From contig CAYMMK010000001.1 in NCBI GenBank assembly GCA_964391575.1, positions 9,111 through 73,110 on the forward strand: a stretch of 64,000 nt of DNA, read 5' to 3'. A model generated the notes under the pieces. That model made no database searches, had not been told where the DNA came from, and was given only the letters and a program-made list of their open reading frames with translations. This DNA comes from an uncultured Limnohabitans sp. (GTDB lineage: Bacteria; Pseudomonadota; Gammaproteobacteria; Burkholderiales; Burkholderiaceae_C). Both the position numbers and the translations under genes were made by a program. How positions within the stretch are numbered: position 1 is the stretch's first letter; each line of letters starts with the position of its first letter. Of this stretch, positions 56,200 through 64,000 are shown piece by piece.

Positions 56200-56742
56200 T
56201 CAGTGCCGGTAGCCTTCGGAAGTCACGGGTGTTTCCCGAGGGTCGGATGTCGTCATGGCATCATGGAACCATTGGGCTTTTTCAAAAGCCTGGCGCAGCA
56301 AATGCACCATGCCATGGAGCAGTGAGGGGGACAGGTTCAACTGGCAGTTGTGTTGCTGGTTGGGCCCTGCACCCTTGTCTTGAAGGGTGATTTGAACGCC
56401 TGATGCCTGGACAGTCAGTTGGACGTCGGTGACGAGCATGGGCTCTTCACCCAGGGGCAGGTGCTGGATTTGGTCGCTGTAAGGTGTTTGAAAATCGGCC
56501 TGCGTGAGAAAGGCACCCATTTTCAGTTCGGTCAAGATCTTCTGCGAAGCAGGATCAGGCGCCAGAACACCTGGCTGAGTGGATTCCAGCCGACCGATGG
56601 CCTGCTCGAGGGCAGGCATCAGTCGAATGGCCAGCCGACGTGTCAACCAGAATCTGAATTCCTGCGCAGTCTGGGTGTTGAGTTTCAACAGCAGTCGGTC
56701 ATGGCGCTCGACATGGCTCACATTGAGCTGGTGTATGTTCAT
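56200..56742 (-). CDS. Hypothetical cytoplasmic protein (180 aa), no recognised domain
   Basis: Clean ORF with the ATG at 56742, divergent from clpB. Coding-like composition. No TM segment or signal peptide. I could not assign a family. Confidence 0.6.
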   Translation of the reverse strand: MNIHQLNVSHVERHDRLLLKLNTQTAQEFRFWLTRRLAIRLMPALEQAIGRLESTQPGVLAPDPASQKILTELKMGAFLTQADFQTPYSDQIQHLPLGEEPMLVTDVQLTVQASGVQITLQDKGAGPNQQHNCQLNLSPSLLHGMVHLLRQAFEKAQWFHDAMTTSDPRETPVTSEGYRH

Positions 56743-56777
56743 GGCTTGATTTTAGGCAAGCTCCGACCACAGGGGTA

Positions 56778-56805
56778 CTTGAAAATCAAATAGGCATCCC
56801 AAGTT
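56778..56805 (+). promoter_or_regulatory. Putative RpoH (sigma32) heat-shock promoter of clpB
   Basis: CTTGAAA - 13 nt - CCCAAGTT versus the sigma32 consensus CTTGAAA - 13-17 nt - CCCCATnT. It ends 20 nt upstream of the clpB ATG, just before the AAGGAG SD. Confidence 0.55.
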
Positions 56806-56825
56806 TTGCAGCAAGGAGAAAATCC

Positions 56826-59429
<2,604 letters not shown>

Positions 59430-59524
59430 CCCCCATCGGTGTCACCTGCAGGCTTGAGGGACCAAGAAGGGATCGTATGATTCCGACTTGATGCCTTCGG
59501 TCGAAGGCTTTGCAGAATTTGCCC

Positions 59525-60742
59525 ATGACCAGCGCCGCGCTTGAATCTCAGGTCCCTTTGCGAAAGGATGCCTCCGTCATGGGGCTGGTGGGGCTGGCGC
59601 ACGCCTGCTCTCATTTTTCCCATTTGCTCCTGCCGGTCATGTTTCCGGTGTTTATCCGGGAATTCGGCTGGTCTTTTTCCCAACTGGGTTTGTTGTCCAC
59701 GGTATTCTTTGTGGTTTCAGGCCTCGGGCAGGCTTTGGCGGGATTTGTGGTCGACCGATTGGGCGCGAGGCCCGTGATGTGGGTGTCGGTGGTCCTGTTC
59801 GTGTTCGCGTGTCTGACAGCCGCCGGTGCTTCGGGCTACGAAGGCATGATGGTGGCCGCTGTTCTGGCCGGTCTGGGTAACTGCGCCTTTCACCCGGTTG
59901 ACTTCACCATTCTCAACCAAAGGGTGTCAACTTCCCGTCTGGGCTACGCCTTCAGTGTCCATGGACTGACCGGGAATCTGGGCTGGGCGGCAGCGCCTGT
60001 TTTTCTCATGGGGGCGACCGCATGGGTGGGCTGGCGCGGTGCCTACATCGCAGCAGCGCTCCTGTATGCGGGAATTCTGTTACTGCTGGTCCTGCGCAAG
60101 GACCTTTTGCAGACCACGCCACGAACCCGAACTGAATTGGGACAAGCCAGTGAGTCGGATCTGGCATTCATGCGTCTTTCGGTCGTCTGGTGGTGCTTTG
60201 CCTTTTTTCTGCTCTCAACCATGACGCTGGCCGTGGTTCAGAATTTTTCCGTACCCATTCTCAAGGCCTTGCACAACGTGAGTCTTGAAGCCGCATCCAT
60301 GACCCTTACGGCCTACATGCTCTGTGGAGCAGTGGGCATGCTGGCGGGCGGGTTTGTCGCAGCGCGCTTTCCTCTGTGGAGTGACCGTGTTGTGGCTGCA
60401 TGCATGAGTCTGGCGGCGGTCTTTATGGTGTTATGTGCCAGTGGATGGTTAGGCAAGATCGGCACGCTGGTCTTGCTGGCCGCGACAGGGTTTGCCGTGG
60501 GACTGGGGGGGCCCAGTCGCGATCTCATGATCAAGAAGGCCACCCCCAAGGGCGCCACCGGTCGTGTCTACGGAATGGTCTATTCAGGTCTGGATGTGGG
60601 TTTTGCCCTATCCCCTCTGATCTTTGGCGTATTGATGGACAAAGGATGGTATGCAGCCACCCTGGTAGGGGCGGCCCTGGTACTCCTGCTGAGTGTGGGT
60701 GCCGCATTGGGCGTCGGCAAGCGTACGCCCCACCTTTCGTGA
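59525..60742 (+). CDS. MFS transporter (substrate unknown)
   Basis: About 12 predicted hydrophobic helices and an MFS-like loop motif GFVVDRLGARP. The ATG at 59525 is preferred over the TTG at 59510. Confidence 0.8.
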   Translation: MTSAALESQVPLRKDASVMGLVGLAHACSHFSHLLLPVMFPVFIREFGWSFSQLGLLSTVFFVVSGLGQALAGFVVDRLGARPVMWVSVVLFVFACLTAAGASGYEGMMVAAVLAGLGNCAFHPVDFTILNQRVSTSRLGYAFSVHGLTGNLGWAAAPVFLMGATAWVGWRGAYIAAALLYAGILLLLVLRKDLLQTTPRTRTELGQASESDLAFMRLSVVWWCFAFFLLSTMTLAVVQNFSVPILKALHNVSLEAASMTLTAYMLCGAVGMLAGGFVAARFPLWSDRVVAACMSLAAVFMVLCASGWLGKIGTLVLLAATGFAVGLGGPSRDLMIKKATPKGATGRVYGMVYSGLDVGFALSPLIFGVLMDKGWYAATLVGAALVLLLSVGAALGVGKRTPHLS

Positions 60743-60803
60743 CCTGTGTTCAGTCGCCATTTGGGCGACACGCCTCGTCGACAAGTCATTGCACAATCAT
60801 GAC

Positions 60804-62498
60804 ATGACTTCACCCATTGCCGGCCACTTGCTTGTTGAATGCCTTCTGGCCCAGGGCGTGACCCATGCATTTGGGGTTCCAGGCGAGAGCTATCTGGCAG
60901 TACTGGACGGTTTTCATCGTTACCGTGACCAGATCCGTTTTATCACCTGTCGCCAGGAGGGTGGAGCGGCCTTCATGGCCGATGCACAGGGGCGACTGAC
61001 GGGCCGACCCGGGGTCTGCTTTGTGACCCGGGGCCCTGGGGCGACCAATGCCTCGATCGGCGTACATACGGCCTTTCAGGATTCGACCCCCATGGTCTTG
61101 TTTGTCGGTGATGTGGCCAGCGATACACGCGATCGAGAGGCATTCCAGGAGCTCGACTACACCCATTTCTTCGGCCCTTCAACCAAAGGTATGGCCAAGC
61201 GTGTGGAACGCATTGACGATCCCGAGCGCATCCCGGAATATGTGGCCCGTGCCTTTGCCACCGCCATGAATGGACGACCAGGACCGGTGGTGCTGGTATT
61301 GCCTGAGGATATGCTCACCGCCACCGTCAAGAGCGTGCAACCGATGCCAAGGGTGGAACCTGTTCAAGCCTGGAGCGACCCGGGAAGCTTGCGTGGTTTG
61401 CGCGAGTTGTTGCTGCAAAGTCAGCGACCGCTGGTGATTGCAGGTGGGGGGGGCTGGACTCCGCAGGCCGCTCAGGCCCTGCAGCGATTTGCCGAGAACT
61501 GGCGACTTCCGGTGTGTAACGCTTTCCGCTTCCAGGACACTTTTGACAACAATCACCCCCAATATGCGGGAGATGTGGGCATTGCCATCAACCCCAAACT
61601 TGCGCAACGAATCAAGGACGCAGATCTGATCGTGGCCATCGGACCACGGCTGGGCGAGATGACCACAGGTGGTTACAGCCTGCTTAAAGTACCCAAGCCC
61701 TTGCAGAAACTGGTGCATATCCACGGAAGCCCCGAAGAGCTCAACCGTGTCTATCAGGCCGATCTGGCCATTTGTGCCACCATGAATGCAGCCGCACGAA
61801 GCCTGGAGGTCTTGACCGCGCCGACCCAACTGCCTTGGGCCGAGTGGACGCGGCAAGCCCATCAGGGCTACCTGGAAAACCTGCAGCCGCAACCTTTGCC
61901 TGGGAACATGGACATGCATGAGGTGGTGCAGTCCCTTCAAAAGCATTTGCCGCAGGACACAGTGCTCACCAACGGAGCCGGCAATTTTGCTTCCTGGATG
62001 CACCGTTTTTTCCGGCATCCGGGATTGGCCAAGGGCCACAAGGTTCAGCTTGCGCCCACGGCGGGATCGATGGGCTATGGCGTACCGGCCGGCATCGCCG
62101 CCAACTTGTTGACTGGACGTCTGAGTATCACGATCGCAGGCGATGGTGACTTTCTCATGACCGGGCAGGAACTGGCCACGGCGGTTCAGCATGGCGGCAA
62201 GAGCATCATTGTCTTGCTCAATAACGGCATGTACGGCACGATACGGATGCACCAGGAGCGTGAATACCCCGATCGCGTCTCAGGCTCGAGTCTGACGAAT
62301 CCTGATTTTTCCGCTTTGGCTGGCGCCTACGGCTACTTTGGCGAAAAGATCACGAGCACCTGGGAGTTCGAGCCAGCACTGTTGAGGGCGCTGAGCAGGC
62401 CACAGGGCACACTGATTGAAATCATGCTTGATCCCGAGGTGATCACCACGCGCTCGACCCTCCAATCCATCAGGCAGGCGGCCTTGAAGGCGAACTGA
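60804..62498 (+). CDS. Thiamine-diphosphate-dependent enzyme, acetolactate-synthase-like
   Basis: ATG at 60804 (MTSPIAGHLLVECLLAQGVTHAFGVPGESYL). C-terminal TPP-binding motif GDGDFLMTGQEL...NNGMYG. Confidence 0.85.
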   Translation: MTSPIAGHLLVECLLAQGVTHAFGVPGESYLAVLDGFHRYRDQIRFITCRQEGGAAFMADAQGRLTGRPGVCFVTRGPGATNASIGVHTAFQDSTPMVLFVGDVASDTRDREAFQELDYTHFFGPSTKGMAKRVERIDDPERIPEYVARAFATAMNGRPGPVVLVLPEDMLTATVKSVQPMPRVEPVQAWSDPGSLRGLRELLLQSQRPLVIAGGGGWTPQAAQALQRFAENWRLPVCNAFRFQDTFDNNHPQYAGDVGIAINPKLAQRIKDADLIVAIGPRLGEMTTGGYSLLKVPKPLQKLVHIHGSPEELNRVYQADLAICATMNAAARSLEVLTAPTQLPWAEWTRQAHQGYLENLQPQPLPGNMDMHEVVQSLQKHLPQDTVLTNGAGNFASWMHRFFRHPGLAKGHKVQLAPTAGSMGYGVPAGIAANLLTGRLSITIAGDGDFLMTGQELATAVQHGGKSIIVLLNNGMYGTIRMHQEREYPDRVSGSSLTNPDFSALAGAYGYFGEKITSTWEFEPALLRALSRPQGTLIEIMLDPEVITTRSTLQSIRQAALKAN

Positions 62499-62518
62499 AG
62501 GGCATACGCGCACTCAAC

Positions 62519-62545
62519 AAAAAACCCGCCGAAGCGGGTTTTTTG
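62519..62545. terminator. Bidirectional Rho-independent terminator between the TPP enzyme gene and the SWIB gene
   Basis: AAAAAA-ACCCGC-cgaa-GCGGGT-TTTTTT: a perfect stem flanked by an A-run and a T-run. Confidence 0.85.
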
Positions 62546-62561
62546 TTGGTGAATCAGCAGA

Positions 62562-63020
62562 TCACTTGAGGTGCTTGCCGATCAGCCCCGCCATCTCGAA
62601 CATGGTGACCTGGGACTTGCCAAAGACGGCCTTGAGCTTGTCATCTGCATTGATAGCCCGCTTGTTGACCTTGTCCTGAAGACCGTTTTTCTTGATGTAG
62701 GCCCACATTTTGCTGACCACTTCGGTGCGTGGCAGCGGAGAAGCGCCTACCACAGCTGCCAGTGCGGCGCTGGGTGTCAGAGCCTTCATGAACGCAGGAT
62801 TGGGCGTACGCTTCTTGGCGGGCGCTTTGGCAGCGGCTTTTTTGGCCGGCGCTTTTTTCGCTACCGCTTTTTTGGCCGGCGCAGCCTTTTTGGCAGGGGC
62901 GGCTTTCTTGGCTGCGGCCGGCTTTTTGGCCGGCGCTTTTTTCGCAGGAGCAGCTTTCTTGGCCGGTGCTGCCTTCTTGGCGGCAGCTTTCTTGGCCGGG
63001 GATTTCTTTGCAGTTGCCAT
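62562..63020 (-). CDS. Histone H1-like Ala/Lys/Pro repeat region fused to a C-terminal SWIB/MDM2 domain
   Basis: 152 aa. The N-terminal ~80 aa are almost entirely AKKA/PAKK repeats. The C-terminal ~75 aa (LTPSAALAAVVGASPLPRTEVVSKMWAYIKKNGLQD...DDKLKAVFG...MFEM) match the SWIB fold signature. Confidence 0.85.
   Translation of the reverse strand: MATAKKSPAKKAAAKKAAPAKKAAPAKKAPAKKPAAAKKAAPAKKAAPAKKAVAKKAPAKKAAAKAPAKKRTPNPAFMKALTPSAALAAVVGASPLPRTEVVSKMWAYIKKNGLQDKVNKRAINADDKLKAVFGKSQVTMFEMAGLIGKHLK
62800..63010 (-). repeat. Imperfect tandem repeats (about 12-27 bp periodicity) encoding the AKKA/PAKK array
   Basis: Recurrent CTTTTTTGGCCGGCGC / GCTTTCTTGGC units on the + strand. They lie within the SWIB gene and are in frame. 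Confidence 0.8.
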
Positions 63021-63412
63021 GTTGATTTCCTTTGATCGGAAGTTGGTTCAAACCGGAAACACTTGTTTTCCAGCACTTGCGATGCTAATGGAGATCAATT
63101 CCGACTCCAAGAACAAAATTGCAAAATCTGCTGCCAGTGTTGCGTCGAGGTATCGACCCTTATTGCTTGATGTTCCTCGGAGTGAGTGACTTCTTTGCAG
63201 CAATGCTGGCAAGTTCCCGGCTCAACTCTTTGGGTTACCGCTTTTCATGGACTTGTTCAACGGGGCCATCGATTTTCATCCCACCCCTTTACATTTCGCA
63301 ATACAAAAAATAAGTATTGTGCATCGCAGCAAATTTTCTCAATATGAGAATTGATATTTCATAATACAATAAATAAATTTTAAGTTGTTGATTTAAATAT
63401 GAAATTTATTTA

Positions 63413-63454
63413 TCTTGTATAAGACACATGAATCATATTGAGTCTTGTACAAGA
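63413..63454. promoter_or_regulatory. Two copies of a 12-bp palindromic operator-like site upstream of aceA
   Basis: TCTTGTATAAGA (63413-63424) and the perfect palindrome TCTTGTACAAGA (63443-63454). They are 30 bp centre to centre and 76-117 nt upstream of the aceA ATG, at the edge of a strongly AT-rich island. Confidence 0.5.
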
Positions 63455-63529
63455 GTTAAGATCCCAGCTATGGAGATCACGCATCCCGGCGTACTCCGCT
63501 CAGTTTCATCAACCACTCAGGAGTGCCAT

Positions 63530-64000
63530 ATGCCTCAAAACCTCACGGAACAACTCAGCCGCGAACAGCAGATCGCAGCCCTGGAAAAAGACTGGGCCAG
63601 CAACCCCCGCTGGAAAGGCGTCAAGCGTGGCTATTCGGCTGCAGACGTGGTTCGTCTGCGGGGTAGCATGCCTATTGACTACACGCTGGCCAAACGGGGC
63701 GCTGAAAAGCTGTGGGACAAAGTCAACGGTGGCGCCAAGAAGGGCTACGTGAACGCCTTCGGCGCGATCAGCGCTGGCCAGGCCATGCAGCAGGCCAAAG
63801 CGGGACTCGAGGCGGTGTACCTGTCGGGCTGGCAAGTCGCGGCTGATGGCAACACCTCCGAAACCATGTATCCCGACCAATCGCTGTACGCCTACGACTC
63901 GGTGCCGACCATGGTGCGTCGCATCAACAACACCTTCAAGCGTGCGGACGAAATCCAGTGGGGCCGTGGCATCAACCCCGGCGACAAGGAGTTCATTGAC
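63530..64000 (+). CDS. aceA: Isocitrate lyase, N-terminal 157 codons (3' end outside the window)
   Basis: Absent from the ORF track because it runs off the window. ATG at 63530 after CAGGAG. MPQNLTEQLSREQQIAALEKDWASNPRWKGVKRGYSAADVVRLRGS...LSGWQVAADGN...MYPDQSLY is typical of AceA. Confidence 0.9.
   Translation, partial: MPQNLTEQLSREQQIAALEKDWASNPRWKGVKRGYSAADVVRLRGSMPIDYTLAKRGAEKLWDKVNGGAKKGYVNAFGAISAGQAMQQAKAGLEAVYLSGWQVAADGNTSETMYPDQSLYAYDSVPTMVRRINNTFKRADEIQWGRGINPGDKEFID

Noticed and set aside
62800-63010. Short tandem repeats that could be mistaken for a CRISPR-like or intergenic VNTR array
   Set aside because: The repeats are contiguous without unique spacers. They are in frame and encode the AKKA/PAKK region of the SWIB protein.
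63119-63313. 64-aa ORF (and other small ORFs on both strands) in the SWIB-aceA intergenic region, or a decayed regulator gene there
   Set aside because: Six-frame reading gave no protein-like segments or SD signals. Composition and stop-codon density look non-coding.

Overview
This is a GC-rich, densely coding chromosomal core segment with about 60 CDS and 2 tRNAs. Gene content and order are typical of Betaproteobacteria/Burkholderiales and look Comamonadaceae-like (an inference from synteny and protein motifs only). Content in order: dnaE 3' end; a tightly packed minus-strand array ribE-ribBA-ribH-nusB-aminotransferase-ybgC-tolQ-tolR-tolA; an FN3/beta-propeller lipoprotein; phaR; rimO; two identical tRNA-Leu(CAG); rnr; nnr; the large rpsB-tsf-pyrH-frr-cdsA-dxr-bamA-skp-lpxD-fabZ-lpxA-lpxB-rnhB-TrmH-like array; carAB-greA; yhbY divergent from rlmE-ftsH-folP-glmM; ppsR/ppsA; rpsF-priB-rpsR-rplI-dnaB; a PIN-PhoH (PhoH2) ATPase; bcp; an Mth938-like gene; alaA-hom-thrC-moeA-moaD-moaE; a hypothetical gene divergent from clpB; an MFS transporter; a TPP enzyme; a SWIB/H1-like protein; and the 5' end of aceA. 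I found no transposases, integrases, CRISPR arrays, prophage, defence or secretion islands, and no convincing novel multi-gene system. This reads as an ordinary housekeeping region. The points worth a second look are local. (1) uppS and rseP are missing from an otherwise intact, highly conserved envelope-biogenesis cluster. (2) A frameshifted relic of a sodium:solute symporter sits in the 747-bp ppsA-rpsF spacer. (3) A tandem identical tRNA-Leu pair abuts an RNase R gene that lacks the usual N-terminal domain. (4) An intrinsic terminator sits directly upstream of the greA ribosome-binding site. (5) A strongly AT-rich island with two copies of a 12-bp palindrome lies upstream of aceA. (6) A few proteins are poorly characterised: the FN3 plus 7-blade lipoprotein, a 180-aa protein next to clpB, and the H1-repeat/SWIB fusion. 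All start codons are inferred by eye from homology, SD-like motifs and gene packing. No database search was possible.
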